Positions 1-11,239 are shown, numbered from the whole stretch's first letter. The stretch is DNA of 63,923 bases, filler included, from an uncultured bacterium (GCA_964449065.1; 6 parts of 6 records of this genome joined end to end with filler, not necessarily neighbours in it), one strand, 5' to 3'. Translations and numbers: made by a program. Notes: generated by a model not told the origin, from the letters alone.

Positions 1-52
1 CTACGCAAAATCCCCCGGAGCCTACGGCTCCACCCCCTTATGCAAGGGGGTA
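1..52. repeat. Partial copy of GC-hairpin intergenic repeat (CCCCC-TT..AA-GGGGG type)
   Basis: acgcaaaatcccccggagcctacggctccacccc is shared with 11325-11360. Confidence 0.85.
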
Positions 53-114
53 TAAAACTACGCTTACACGTTTGAATGAATGATCCCACTCATTTCATTT
101 GGATGTGTAAGTTT

Positions 115-777
115 TCACCCATTATAACAGACTTGATGAACTACTAGAATTTCTTTCTCACTTTCAATTATATCCAAAAACGAATCAAATGGATGATGGA
201 GTAAATTGTTGGATTGGAAATACTTCAACAAATCGCGTTTGGCATAAACGGTTGAGCATTTTTGCGAAGCACAAATATCCGATTGGCCATCACCAATATA
301 AACGGAACGGATATCATCTCTGCCCGTAATGTGCTGGCACTTGCAATGCGCCATGCCGATATCACAGTCATCACGATTGAGAGGAAATTCAACTCTTACT
401 CCGCTTTCTTTCCATTCCATGCGGTTGCAATAATAGGGGATGCCTGATAATCCTTCCGTTTCCAACAGCATTTTTATGTAGTAGTCGTATCCATCCGAGA
501 GGATCATCATTTCAGCGTTTTGTTCGTCCACAAATTTCACAAACTCATGGAAGGTGGGATCGATGCCGATGGACATCACCACTTCGCGTGCTTCCGGCTC
601 TGTAGCCGTGACCATTTCCGCCAGCATACGGTTGCAATCCTGCGATTTCAGCTCACCCTTTAGGTAGCGGTCAATCAGCCGGCGCCATTCGGTGGGATTG
701 GACATTCGGGCAATCGCATCCCAGACATCTTTTTTTGATATGGTGTGATCAAAATCAACAAAATAGACAGTTTTCAT
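115..777 (-). CDS. HAD-IB phosphatase, MtnX-like
   Basis: DFDHT motif I, ILSDG motif II, CK and YIGDGQSD motif IV; ATG at 777 preceded by purine-rich RBS. Confidence 0.8.
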   Translation of the reverse strand: MKTVYFVDFDHTISKKDVWDAIARMSNPTEWRRLIDRYLKGELKSQDCNRMLAEMVTATEPEAREVVMSIGIDPTFHEFVKFVDEQNAEMMILSDGYDYYIKMLLETEGLSGIPYYCNRMEWKESGVRVEFPLNRDDCDIGMAHCKCQHITGRDDIRSVYIGDGQSDICASQKCSTVYAKRDLLKYFQSNNLLHHPFDSFLDIIESEKEILVVHQVCYNG

Positions 778-939
778 GAACCCTTCTCCGGTTTTCATCA
801 GATCAAATTAAGAAAAAAAAAGGCGAAGCAGACACACTTAGGGTTTAACTCTTTACCAAGTATGATATGAATTCTTTAGGATTGTGTAAAACCATTCTAT
901 TTTGGAAATCCATTCTGGTAAGCGGAATATAGAGTAGAT

Positions 940-1515
940 ATGCAAAACCCTTATACTGAAAAAATACACGCCACCACGATACTCACGGTTCGCCGCGATG
1001 ATGAAGTTGCCATAGCCGGTGACGGCCAAGTGACCATGGGCGACACCGTGATGAAAGGCAAAGCGAAGAAAATCCGTTCGATGTTTGACGGGGAAATTTT
1101 AGCCGGTTTTGCCGGAACATCCGCCGATGCGCTTACCTTGTTCGACAAGTTTGAAGCCAAGCTGGATGAATACAACGGCAAATTGGTGCGTTCTGCCGTG
1201 GAGCTGGCCAAAGAATGGCGAACGGACAAAATGCTGCGCCATTTGGAGGCGCTATTGCTGGTTTGCGATATCGATACTACATTGTTGATATCGGGTACAG
1301 GCGATGTGATCGAGCCGGATGACGGAATTATCGCGATTGGTTCAGGCGGCCCGTTTGCTCAAGCGGCGGCCAAGGCGTTGTATAAACACAGCAACCTGTC
1401 CGCGAAAGAGATTGCGATGGAGGCGATGAATATCGCCGCCGATATCTGCGTGTATACCAATCATGAAATATCGTTGGAAGTTTTAACCAATACCGAAGAT
1501 GAAAAAGAAGATTAG
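940..1515 (+). CDS. hslV: ATP-dependent protease subunit HslV
   Basis: [33 protein letters not shown] motifs. Confidence 0.97.
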   Translation: MQNPYTEKIHATTILTVRRDDEVAIAGDGQVTMGDTVMKGKAKKIRSMFDGEILAGFAGTSADALTLFDKFEAKLDEYNGKLVRSAVELAKEWRTDKMLRHLEALLLVCDIDTTLLISGTGDVIEPDDGIIAIGSGGPFAQAAAKALYKHSNLSAKEIAMEAMNIAADICVYTNHEISLEVLTNTEDEKED

Positions 1516-1523
1516 GTGAACCC

Positions 1524-2921
1524 ATGGAAGAAGCCGTAACTTTATTGCAAAGTACCACGACAAACAACAACGTTCCCGGATTAACACCCAAACAGATTGT
1601 TGAGGAACTGGATAAATATATTGTCGGACAAGAGGACGCGAAAAAAGCGGTCGCGATTGCGTTGCGCAACCGGGCACGCCGTAAAATGCTGGACGATGAT
1701 ATACGCGATGAAGTCTATCCCAAAAACATTATTATGATCGGTGCTACCGGTGTGGGAAAAACGGAAATTGCCCGCCGGTTGGCAAAGTTGGAAGACGCAC
1801 CGTTTGTGAAAGTAGAAGCCTCCAAATTTACCGAAGTGGGCTATGTTGGCCGTGATGTCGAATCCATGATCCGCGATTTGGTGGAAATCGCCGTGACCCG
1901 CGAACGCGCCAAACAAATGGAAGCGAACCAAGAAGCAGCCGCGGCCGCGGCGGATGAACGCATTTTGGATTTGTTGGTTCCACGCAATGTTGCGCCCACA
2001 ACCAAACTCGAACCGGAAGAAGGGGAAGAAGACCGCCTGGAATCCACCCGGGACCGGTTTCGAACCATGTTAAAAGAAGGCAAACTAGAAGACAAAATGA
2101 TCGAACCGGAAATCTCGGAACGGTCCGGCAATGTGATTGTGGGCATGCCGCCCAACATGGGACTGGAAGAGATGGGCATGGACCTGAAAGACATGGTCGA
2201 AAAAATGATGCCTTCCCGAAAAAAACGGCAAAAAATGAAGGTAAAAGACGCCCGTCCTCATATTGTGCAGCAAGAGGCCGACCGGATGATCGACCAAGAA
2301 AAGATCGTCAGTGAAGCCATCAAAAAAGTGCAGGAATCGGGCATCGTTTTTTTGGATGAGATCGACAAAGTCGTGGCCAAAGATGGCGGTTCCGGCCCGG
2401 ATGTATCCCGCTCCGGCGTGCAGCGTGATATCTTGCCGTTGGTGGAAGGTTCCACCGTGTTCACCAAATACGGTATGCTGAAAACCGACCATATATTATT
2501 TATCGCGGCCGGCGCCTTTCACGGAACCAGTCCATCGGATCTGATACCGGAATTGCAGGGGCGTTTTCCGATCCGTGTGGAATTGGATGATTTAAACGAA
2601 GCCGATTTCAAGCGTATTTTAAAAGAACCGAAAAATTCATTGCTGCGCCAATACGAAGCGTTGATGAGAACCGAAAACGTTACCATTCAGTTTACGGAAG
2701 ACGCAATCGATAAGCTGGCTGAAATGGCATCGACCATTAACGAAGAAACCGAAAATATCGGCGCGAGACGGCTGCACACCATTTTAGAAGCATTGCTCGA
2801 TGAAATCTCATACACCGCCCCTGACCGTGCCGGTGAGACCATTGAAATCACCGAAAAAACCGTGGAAGAAAAACTGGGTGATATTGTTTCGGATACCGAT
2901 TTATCCAAATACATTCTGTAA
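1524..2921 (+). CDS. hslU: ATP-dependent protease ATPase subunit HslU
   Basis: Walker A GATGVGKT, EASKFTEVGYVGRDV, FLDEIDK, PELQGRFP, C-terminal LSKYIL. Confidence 0.97.
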   Translation: MEEAVTLLQSTTTNNNVPGLTPKQIVEELDKYIVGQEDAKKAVAIALRNRARRKMLDDDIRDEVYPKNIIMIGATGVGKTEIARRLAKLEDAPFVKVEASKFTEVGYVGRDVESMIRDLVEIAVTRERAKQMEANQEAAAAAADERILDLLVPRNVAPTTKLEPEEGEEDRLESTRDRFRTMLKEGKLEDKMIEPEISERSGNVIVGMPPNMGLEEMGMDLKDMVEKMMPSRKKRQKMKVKDARPHIVQQEADRMIDQEKIVSEAIKKVQESGIVFLDEIDKVVAKDGGSGPDVSRSGVQRDILPLVEGSTVFTKYGMLKTDHILFIAAGAFHGTSPSDLIPELQGRFPIRVELDDLNEADFKRILKEPKNSLLRQYEALMRTENVTIQFTEDAIDKLAEMASTINEETENIGARRLHTILEALLDEISYTAPDRAGETIEITEKTVEEKLGDIVSDTDLSKYIL

Positions 2922-2948
2922 TCCCTCGTGAATGCATGTTGAGCGCCG

Positions 2949-5900
2949 ATGACTGGAACGCGAAGCCGCCATAAAGAAGCCATAGTCTTTTGCCTGGTAT
3001 TGTTGGCGGCCGCGGCCTTGTTTTGGTGGCGCGTCTGGATTCCCAATGCCGGCGACCGCATGCACTTCACCGATGACATTTTCATCAAAGACTACGCCAC
3101 CCGCATCGGGATGTTTTCGACCGCCCTATCCGGATACATGCCGCTTTGGGACCCGTATCAATTCGGCGGCTGGCCGGGGATCGCGAATTGTGAAGCGGGT
3201 TTTTTTTATCCTCCCAATTGGGTCATTGTTCCCTTTTTAAACCAACCGCAAACCGCGTTTTTTGTGACGGAATTGTTGGTGCTGCTGCACATGGTTATCG
3301 CCGGATTGGGGGCCTTTCAGTTGGCGCGGTCAATCGGGTTGTCCATTCCTTCATCCGCCTTTGCGGGGTTTGCCTTTACCTTTTGCGGTTTTCATTGCGC
3401 TCATAAAAAGCATACCAATATGTTGTTTGCGCTGGTTTGGTTTCCTTGGATATTGCTTTGTATTGAGAATTGGTTAAGAGAACGCAAAGAGAAATTTCTT
3501 ATCATAGCAACCGTATTATTGGCGTTGGCGTTTGTTGCAGGACACCCGCAATCTGCTTTGTACATGTCTCTGATTCTATTTGCAAGACTGCTTTATGCCG
3601 GCATATCCAACAAGGATAACGTTTCCTGGTTATGTTCATTCTCATTTGCCGGACTAGGCGGCATGATTATCGCGTTGGCGTTTGGGTTAACCGCCGTGCA
3701 ATGGCTGCCGACCGCGGAATTAATCGAACAAAGCGCGCGCGCCGAGGCCGATCAATATCAGCGCAGTACGGAATTTTCTCTTCCGCCGCTGGAACTGGTT
3801 GATGCGATTTTGCCGGAAGCAGTCAGTCCCTGGCATCAAACCGAAGTGTTTTATTGGGGCATTGTTCCGCTGATATTAACGTTGCTTTGTTTACGGTTTT
3901 CTATATCAAATGCACTTTTGAAATTTTTGTTGGTTGTGGGAGTTGCCTCCGTGTTTTTTGCGCTGGGGGAGTATTTTTTCGTTTACGATCTTACCTATTT
4001 GCTCATCCCCGGCACCGCGTGGGTACGCGCCCCCAGCCGTTGGATCTACTTTGCCAGTCTGCCGGTTGCACTCACCGCCGCTTATGTATTGGACCGGTTT
4101 AACACCAGCGATATCCATCCCCCCGTATGGCTGCGGTCTTGGATCAAACCGGTATGGCTCGTTTGGGGTGTGCTGCTGCTTGGGGTATTGCTTTGGATTC
4201 TTTTGAATCCGGGCACGGCGAACGAACCGAATTCCGTGCAAAGGTTGACGCAATCCAAATTGATTCTGTTGGTGATCTTCTTTGGACTCTTTGCCGCTGC
4301 CATTCATGCCTATTCCAATCACCGGATACGCCACCGTACTTTGGTGTATGGTATGCTTTTGATAACGTGGGCGGATTTGGCAACGCATTATCATCAATTG
4401 GATTTGGCGCCGGGAGAGGGGGGTCATGCCGAATTAACGGAAACCGAAAAACATTTGCTGCAAGACGATGAACACCGAACCAAAGTGTTTTTGTATGAAG
4501 GTGGCAACCGTACCCGATACCACGGGGCCGCGCAGTTGTTTCGGGAACTGGATGGACAATCGCCTTTAACGCCCCGCATCCATTTGGAAATTCGCGAGGA
4601 TACCGCGGTGAAAAATCCCAAAATACCAAACGAAACATTGCTGAAGTTGTTTCATGCCGATTCTTTACTTCATGATCAAAGCGGTTTTCCCCCTTCGTTT
4701 CAAAACGTGGAGGATTTGTTATTTGCGTTTCAGAATCCCTATCCACGGGCAATGGTTTTGCCGGAAGAGTTTCATGTCGAAACGGCCTATCAACGCCGGT
4801 TGATGAGGCTGCAATCTTTTCCGTACAGCAAGGTATCCGTGATGGATCAATCGAAAAGCGCAATCGCGGAAACCTTTAAGCCATCCCCTGCCACTCCGTT
4901 TTTATCCAAACCATTCCTGTTGGCGAGCGCCTCATCCGACGCGGTACAATCTTCCGCCCGTCTGATCATTGATGGAGTGAATCATTTTGAAGAAACAACC
5001 CATGATACCGGCTACGCGGTGGCCGTGATCGATCCACAAACCGCTAGGGTCGAATCGGTCAACTCATTTAATTTGCCTTCCACAGAACCCAATCCAGACT
5101 TGCCGAAGGAACAAGAATATGCGGAACAAAAACGAATGCTGGCATTTATGGAATCGGTGCAGCCGGGCAAAACCGTCATGGCGGTTGTGCACGACAACGG
5201 GGCAAACAATTTAGGCGTGCAAGGCGTGCTGGCATTGCGGCAAATCGGTGTTATGAGCGATCTACGCAAAGCCCCGCTGCGCTTGGCGCATCTTATTATC
5301 GGAAAGAAAGGGGCTCCGGTTGGATCCGCGATTGAGATTACTTCTTCAACAGAAGCAATGGTGCTGCAAACCGGACATTCATTCTATTATTCCGGATTGA
5401 TTACCGGAAAGCCGAAACGAAGATTGTATGCCACCATCAATAACGCTCCGGAAATTTATGATTTGTATAACAAAACATTTCCTCAAAATTATGAAGGATT
5501 TCTGATTCAAAACTCCAGTGATATACAAAACGGGGAATTTCCTGTGCCGATTCTGGTTTACTCCGCCCCCAAAAAAACACCGCCTATCACGCCAGATCAA
5601 GCATCCATCCAAATTCGCGGGAAGGAATATTCACTCAATCAAACCGGTTATAATATTGTGGTGGCAGACGGGAACACCTTAGAAGTTAAAGATCAAAAAA
5701 TTTTCAATCTTTTGCTGGATTTACAAAATGTAGTAGAACGGCCTGTAAACAAAGAATTTCAGAACTATTTACGGTCCGTAGAAGAGGGGGATTATATTTT
5801 TGGTGCCATACGCGATGAAGCAATCGATTTGATGACTACCGAAACAAGAGATTTATTGCGTTCATTCGGCTCCACACTCAATGCCCCCATTGAATCCAAT

Positions 5901-6464
5901 AATCCCGATAACCGAAAGCGCTTTTCCCATGCCTTTATGATGATCAAAGGCACCAGCACCTGCATAGAAGCCTATGGGCAAGATACGGATGCCGTGCTGT
6001 ATACGCGATACTCCGGCGGACCGCGCTTAATGGACACCGATTTAAAGTACACCAACCAACTGAGCCAAAGCTTTGATACCTATCAAGAACTCATCACCGA
6101 AGCGAGCGGAACATTGAACATTTCACAACCGCCAGCCGGAACCGAATGGCTGGTGGAAGAAAACGGACCGGGTGAATTGTTAATTACCGGAAGAAGCAGT
6201 GGTGGTATTTTATTTGTAAGTGAGGTGTTTTATCCGGGGTGGAAAGTCTTTGTAGACGGGATTGAAGCACCGCTGCACCGGATCAACTATTTCTTTCGCG
6301 GGGTCGAGTTAGAGCCCGGGTATCATGAAATTCGGATGGTTTATACGCCGGAATCATTTTATTCCGGCGCAATGATCAGTTTGTTTTCTCTATTGCTGCT
6401 CTCGTTTTGGATCATTCGTGTCCGTTTTAATTTAATAACTCATGTTACGCATTCAACGCGATAG
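2949..6464 (+). CDS. YfhO-family multi-pass membrane protein (GT-C-like) with two ILEI-like domains
   Basis: N-terminal PLWDPYQFGG..FYP with many TM segments; C-terminal SEVFYPGWKVFVDG..RGVELEPGYHEIRMVYTP; two internal GY(A/N)..V.D..T domains. Confidence 0.75.
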   Translation: MTGTRSRHKEAIVFCLVLLAAAALFWWRVWIPNAGDRMHFTDDIFIKDYATRIGMFSTALSGYMPLWDPYQFGGWPGIANCEAGFFYPPNWVIVPFLNQPQTAFFVTELLVLLHMVIAGLGAFQLARSIGLSIPSSAFAGFAFTFCGFHCAHKKHTNMLFALVWFPWILLCIENWLRERKEKFLIIATVLLALAFVAGHPQSALYMSLILFARLLYAGISNKDNVSWLCSFSFAGLGGMIIALAFGLTAVQWLPTAELIEQSARAEADQYQRSTEFSLPPLELVDAILPEAVSPWHQTEVFYWGIVPLILTLLCLRFSISNALLKFLLVVGVASVFFALGEYFFVYDLTYLLIPGTAWVRAPSRWIYFASLPVALTAAYVLDRFNTSDIHPPVWLRSWIKPVWLVWGVLLLGVLLWILLNPGTANEPNSVQRLTQSKLILLVIFFGLFAAAIHAYSNHRIRHRTLVYGMLLITWADLATHYHQLDLAPGEGGHAELTETEKHLLQDDEHRTKVFLYEGGNRTRYHGAAQLFRELDGQSPLTPRIHLEIREDTAVKNPKIPNETLLKLFHADSLLHDQSGFPPSFQNVEDLLFAFQNPYPRAMVLPEEFHVETAYQRRLMRLQSFPYSKVSVMDQSKSAIAETFKPSPATPFLSKPFLLASASSDAVQSSARLIIDGVNHFEETTHDTGYAVAVIDPQTARVESVNSFNLPSTEPNPDLPKEQEYAEQKRMLAFMESVQPGKTVMAVVHDNGANNLGVQGVLALRQIGVMSDLRKAPLRLAHLIIGKKGAPVGSAIEITSSTEAMVLQTGHSFYYSGLITGKPKRRLYATINNAPEIYDLYNKTFPQNYEGFLIQNSSDIQNGEFPVPILVYSAPKKTPPITPDQASIQIRGKEYSLNQTGYNIVVADGNTLEVKDQKIFNLLLDLQNVVERPVNKEFQNYLRSVEEGDYIFGAIRDEAIDLMTTETRDLLRSFGSTLNAPIESNNPDNRKRFSHAFMMIKGTSTCIEAYGQDTDAVLYTRYSGGPRLMDTDLKYTNQLSQSFDTYQELITEASGTLNISQPPAGTEWLVEENGPGELLITGRSSGGILFVSEVFYPGWKVFVDGIEAPLHRINYFFRGVELEPGYHEIRMVYTPESFYSGAMISLFSLLLLSFWIIRVRFNLITHVTHSTR

Positions 6465-6716
6465 ACATATAGCGTTGATTTTTCGCTGCATATATCGCCC
6501 TCGCCCTTTGGGAGAGGGTTGGGGTGAGGGCTTATGGAGACAATCCCCTTTTTGTACGCTAATGAGTAGTAGGGAGCAACCGCTCTCTTCGCCCTCATCT
6601 CTTATCTTCTCCCATAGGGAGAAGACGATAGATCATCCGTTTGATTCAGATAGAACAGCTATTCAATCGAATCCTTTTTTTATCCAGTATTGATCCTCTT
6701 CCGCGTAAGGTGAGTT
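6437..6716. mobile_element. MITE-like element with imperfect 14-bp TIRs and internal REP-like hairpins
   Basis: AACTCATGTTACGC (6437-6450) vs GCGTAAGGTGAGTT (6703-6716), 12/14 inverted match; internal CCCTCGCCC..GGGAGAGGG hairpin. Confidence 0.55.
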
Positions 6717-6727
6717 CTTAAGTTTTT

Positions 6728-7372
6728 TCAGTTTTTTAATTGTTTCTTTTCATAGTATTCCGGCAAATCGGTTGAGGTTGGAGCCGTTTTCGTTCCATCG
6801 TCATGCCAGGTCATGCCGCGGCGGAACCATTCGGTTTTCTTTTCTTCCGGCACCAATAAGCGGTCTTTGGTGTAAATAAAATCCTCGCGTTGAGAACTGG
6901 CCGCTTCCCAGTTTGGCCCTAATACGATGGCGTCTTCCGGGCAGGCTTCTTCGCAAAACCCGCAGAAGATACAGCGCAGCATATCGATTTGATAATACGA
7001 GGCGTAACGCTCTCCATGTGAGACACGGTTTTCCGGTGTGTTTTCCGCGGCTTCCAAATAAATCGCGTCGGATGGGCAAACGACGGAACACAATCCGCAA
7101 CCCACACAACGCTCTAAGCCATCATCAAAGCGCTGCAAACGGTGCACACCGCGAAAGCGGATGGATTGATGGCGTTTTTGGTTGGGGTAATTGAACGTGA
7201 CCGGTTTGCGGAACAAATGCAGAAATGTTATGCGCATTCCGCACAAAATTGCTCCAATGATTTGAAACGCCTGCCCCCAGCTGAGCTTATGCAGTTCGCT
7301 GCGGCTTACACGCAATTTCACACCCGGACGCTTTTGCACCGCCGGCATCGGTTGAAAGGTTGTTTCTTGCAT
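6728..7372 (-). CDS. nuoI: NADH-quinone oxidoreductase subunit I
   Basis: RFRGVHRL, two CxxCxxCxxxCP clusters, YQIDMLRCIFCGFCEEACPEDAI. Confidence 0.92.
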   Translation of the reverse strand: MQETTFQPMPAVQKRPGVKLRVSRSELHKLSWGQAFQIIGAILCGMRITFLHLFRKPVTFNYPNQKRHQSIRFRGVHRLQRFDDGLERCVGCGLCSVVCPSDAIYLEAAENTPENRVSHGERYASYYQIDMLRCIFCGFCEEACPEDAIVLGPNWEAASSQREDFIYTKDRLLVPEEKKTEWFRRGMTWHDDGTKTAPTSTDLPEYYEKKQLKN

Positions 7373-7466
7373 CTCGATTGCACCTCAGATTGAGATCAAA
7401 ATTAAAGCATCAGTGTACTTGAGATTCCGGTTTCATGCAATGTTGTATGAAACCCGGCAGGATGTC

Positions 7467-7934
7467 TTATACGTTTTGGGGCGAATACTTCTTTTCCGCC
7501 GCCTGCAATCCGTCTTCATCCCAAATTTCAATCGTGTAGTAGACGCCGGGAGTTCGCGACCTTTGGAACGAATCGACGGTTTGGATGATTCGGTGTTTGT
7601 CTTTGGATGCATCGTTTTCTACGGCTAAAATAAACATCGCGGTGTGGTGGCGGCCCAGGGTTTTGCGGCACTTTAATGCCAGTGCTTCTATCTGATTTAT
7701 GGTTTCATCAAAACCGGGGTATTCCAACATCACAAAAAACACCGTGTCCCCTTTGATTTCCAAATACCCCATCGTGCGTTCCGCGTCTTCTTCGCGCACA
7801 AACGTTCGGAACGGGCCTTCTTCCGCGTCAAAGCTGCCAAAGCGGTACTCCAATTTCATGGGAGAATCAAACGTTCGCAGCCCCATCGCATCCAAAACAT
7901 CTTCCACGCGTTTCATATAGGGTTTTTCATTCAT
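7467..7934 (-). CDS. Hypothetical protein, translationally coupled to dprA
   Basis: ATG at 7934 overlaps the dprA stop (TGATG). Confidence 0.65.
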   Translation of the reverse strand: MNEKPYMKRVEDVLDAMGLRTFDSPMKLEYRFGSFDAEEGPFRTFVREEDAERTMGYLEIKGDTVFFVMLEYPGFDETINQIEALALKCRKTLGRHHTAMFILAVENDASKDKHRIIQTVDSFQRSRTPGVYYTIEIWDEDGLQAAEKKYSPQNV

Positions 7935-9157
7935 CAATTCTTCATGCGAAACCGCATTCCCCCTTCCCGAAGAATAACATCCTTGAATTCCAATAACCCT
8001 AACACCGACGACACTTTGGAGATATTCCACCCAACCTCACGGCATAACTCATCAATATGCTTGGGTTCCGTTGATAAATTGCCATACAAAAACTTTTCAT
8101 CCTCGGATAAGTCCACTTGCGTTGGAACGGATTTTTTTGCCGGTTGAGGCTGCTTTGATGGTTCTTTCACAATTGGCTTTTGTTTGGGCGGTGGAGGGGC
8201 AGAAATATCGATACGGGGAATTTTACCATCCAGCTCATTGCGGTAATAAGTGATTTTGTCTTCCAGCTCGCTCAAAATATCAGCCGCCGACGTAATCAAC
8301 TTCGCGGCGCTGTCTTGGATGAGCTTGTTTGTTCCGGGGCTGGTTTTCGGCTCAATTGTTCCGGGCAGTGCAAACACTTCTTTGCCTTGTTCCAAGGCAT
8401 AGTCTGCTGTAATTAAAGAACCGCTTCTTTCGGACGCTTCTACAACCAAAACACCGAGTGATAAACCGCTGATGATGCGGTTGCGTGGTGGGAAATTCCG
8501 CCCTTGGGGGGTCACATTATAAAACAGTTCAGAAATTAAAGCCCCCCGTTTTTCAACTTGGTCTGCCAGCAAACCATGTTCTTTGGGGTAAACCATATTT
8601 AACCCGTTCCCCATGACGGCAAAGGTGCGGCCGGATTTGCTGCGCAACGCGCCTTTGTGCGCGGATGCATCCACGCCCCATGCGAGACCGCTGATAATGG
8701 TGATGCCGGCCTCCGCCAATTCGCAGGCGATTTTGCTGGAGAGACGCCGGGCGGAATCGCTGGCCCCCCGCGAACCGACTATCCCAAACGCCAATATATC
8801 TTCCGGCTGAATCGATCCTTTCACATACAATATGGCCGGAGGAGATGGAATATGGCGCAGCGAATTGGGGTATCCCTCATCTGAATGTAATAAAATGGAT
8901 ACGCCTTCTTTCTCGGCCCATTTGAGTTCGTTTTCAATCTCCCGGTCGAACTTGCCCTTCGCGGCTTCTTTAATGGAATTGCCGATGTCCATCGAAAAGC
9001 GGTTGACTTTCGCGATTTCTTCAGGGGATGCCTTCAAGGCTTTTTCAATCGAGCCGAAGTGTTTTTCCAACGCCATCGCCCTGCCGCTTCCCATAAACTT
9101 CGCGCGGAGTATTGCTAACCAAGGGTAGAGTTTTTCACGATCAATGGGCACTTTCAT
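7934..9157 (-). CDS. dprA: DNA-processing protein DprA
   Basis: IVGSR, ISGLAWGVDASAH, FPPRNRIISGLS, VEASERSGSLITA, C-terminal winged helix. Confidence 0.95.
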   Translation of the reverse strand: MKVPIDREKLYPWLAILRAKFMGSGRAMALEKHFGSIEKALKASPEEIAKVNRFSMDIGNSIKEAAKGKFDREIENELKWAEKEGVSILLHSDEGYPNSLRHIPSPPAILYVKGSIQPEDILAFGIVGSRGASDSARRLSSKIACELAEAGITIISGLAWGVDASAHKGALRSKSGRTFAVMGNGLNMVYPKEHGLLADQVEKRGALISELFYNVTPQGRNFPPRNRIISGLSLGVLVVEASERSGSLITADYALEQGKEVFALPGTIEPKTSPGTNKLIQDSAAKLITSAADILSELEDKITYYRNELDGKIPRIDISAPPPPKQKPIVKEPSKQPQPAKKSVPTQVDLSEDEKFLYGNLSTEPKHIDELCREVGWNISKVSSVLGLLEFKDVILREGGMRFRMKN

Positions 9158-11190
9158 ATACCTTCATAGACAAATTGTTCTTGCGGCTTTGTTTCCTTTA
9201 AATGCTTTGAAAAATCCGATATCTGCTGCCGGTTACCCAGCACCACCAATACATCTTCCGGTTCAATTGTCAGGCTGCTTTCCGGATTGGAAATGAACTT
9301 CCCTTTCCGGCGAACCGCCATAACGGATAAACCAAAGGTTTGGCGTATATTTAACTCTTTTAAGCTGTAATTGACTAGATCTGAGTCATTTGGCACACAA
9401 AGGGGCATAATCTCCATATCGGTGATTTGGGCTTGCAAATCGCTCATGGTTGCCGGACGGTGGCTTTCGGGGTCACGAAACCACTCATAATCATCAGAGC
9501 GAATGCTGTTGAGCAACTCTTGAATTTGCTCATCCGGAATGAGATATTTTTTGAGCAAGCGGTGAAAGATCGCAACCGCGGTTTCGTATTCTTCCGGGAT
9601 CACTTCATTCGCTCCCAGTTCATGCAGCGGTTGCACCTCTCCGACAAAACGCGTACGCGCGATGATGTATAAATCTGGATTTATCGACCGGGCAACTTCG
9701 GTAATACGCCGGGTGGCGCTGGCATCGCCGATGGCAATGACCATTACTCTGGCCCGTGTAATATTGGTGTGATCCAGCACCGGCTTTTGGGTGGCGTCTC
9801 CGTAAAAGATAGGCTCTCCTTTTTTGCGTTCGATCATAACCGTATCCGGATTCATTTCACAGATGATATAAGGAATATCGATCGTCTTGGCTGCTTTGGC
9901 AAGGTTGCGGCCATTGATGCCGAATCCGATGATGACCAAATGATTGGTTAGATGCTCGTATTCGGATGCATCCGAATACTGCTTACCGGAACGGTAGCCG
10001 TTGCGCAAGATCATGGGGAACGGCAGGGTTAATGTCATGTTGGCGATGTTTCGGGAATACGCGATGATTATCGGTGTCACCAACATGGTAGTCACCGATA
10101 CCGATAAAAATAGTTGAAAAAACTCATCGGATACCAAATTGAATTTTCTGCCGAATTCAATTAAAACAAATGAAAACTCACCGATTTGGCTGATGGCCAA
10201 CCCTGCGATGATGGCATTTTTGAATGGCAATCCTAATACAACCAATGCCAGCGCAGCTAAAATTGCTTTTGCCGCTAATACAGAAACAGCCAAACCAAGC
10301 ACTTGTGGAAACATAACGATCATGTTTTGCATATCCAGCAGCATGCCAATGGATACGAAAAAGAAACTCAAAAACACATCGCGAAAGGGAATAATCCCTT
10401 CCAGCGCTTGGTGGCTGTATTCCGATTCAGAGATAATGAGCCCCGCCAAAAAGGCCCCCAATCCCAGCGACAACCCCAGCCATGAAGATGCATAGGCTAC
10501 CCCGCAGCCTGTGGCAATAACCATCAACAAAAACAACTCGCGGTTGCGCAGGCGGATAATTTGATACAGCAATTGCGGGAAGATATATTTGGAGATCAAG
10601 AATCCCGCGGCGATCAGGATAAATCCCTTGCCGGTCATAAGCAGCAACGCTTGCGTAACGTTTTCGGATCGCCCCCCCAAAATCGGGGTAATGAGCAGCA
10701 TGGGGATGATGATGATGTCTTGGAAAATCAGCAGCGATAAAGCGCTTCGGCCAAAAGGACTGTTGATCTCACCACGTTCTTGCAACAGCTTCAACACGAT
10801 GGCTGTACTACTCAAGGCAACAAGGAATCCGATAAAGACAGATTGATTGGATGAAAATCCCAGCTGTGTCAGTATTAAATAGACAAGTGTGATCGATAGC
10901 CCGGTTTGCAGCAAGCCACCAAATACCACCACCGATTTTTGCCTCATAAATTGTTCGATGGAGAATTCGATCCCGATGGCAAACAGCAACAGAACCACAC
11001 CGATTTCCGCCAGAATTTCTACAGCGTGAACATCCGATACCCCGCCAAGTCCATAGGGGCCGACAATCATTCCTGTTAGCAAATACCCAATAATAACGGG
11101 GATTCGAAAGGAGCTGCACACGAACAAGACAACAATCGAAATACACAGGATAACGACCAAATCACTTAATACAGGTATATCCATAACCAA
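9154..11190 (-). CDS. CPA2 cation:proton antiporter (KefB/C-like) with TrkA_N and TrkA_C domains
   Basis: AEIGVVLLLFAIGIE, ALSSTAIV, QIGEFSF, IIGFGING, YGDAT. Confidence 0.9.
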   Translation of the reverse strand: MVMDIPVLSDLVVILCISIVVLFVCSSFRIPVIIGYLLTGMIVGPYGLGGVSDVHAVEILAEIGVVLLLFAIGIEFSIEQFMRQKSVVVFGGLLQTGLSITLVYLILTQLGFSSNQSVFIGFLVALSSTAIVLKLLQERGEINSPFGRSALSLLIFQDIIIIPMLLITPILGGRSENVTQALLLMTGKGFILIAAGFLISKYIFPQLLYQIIRLRNRELFLLMVIATGCGVAYASSWLGLSLGLGAFLAGLIISESEYSHQALEGIIPFRDVFLSFFFVSIGMLLDMQNMIVMFPQVLGLAVSVLAAKAILAALALVVLGLPFKNAIIAGLAISQIGEFSFVLIEFGRKFNLVSDEFFQLFLSVSVTTMLVTPIIIAYSRNIANMTLTLPFPMILRNGYRSGKQYSDASEYEHLTNHLVIIGFGINGRNLAKAAKTIDIPYIICEMNPDTVMIERKKGEPIFYGDATQKPVLDHTNITRARVMVIAIGDASATRRITEVARSINPDLYIIARTRFVGEVQPLHELGANEVIPEEYETAVAIFHRLLKKYLIPDEQIQELLNSIRSDDYEWFRDPESHRPATMSDLQAQITDMEIMPLCVPNDSDLVNYSLKELNIRQTFGLSVMAVRRKGKFISNPESSLTIEPEDVLVVLGNRQQISDFSKHLKETKPQEQFVYEGI

Positions 11191-11239
11191 TGAGTCCTAC
11201 CATAAACAATTTGTGTTGACGTTTATTGTGCTGATTTGA

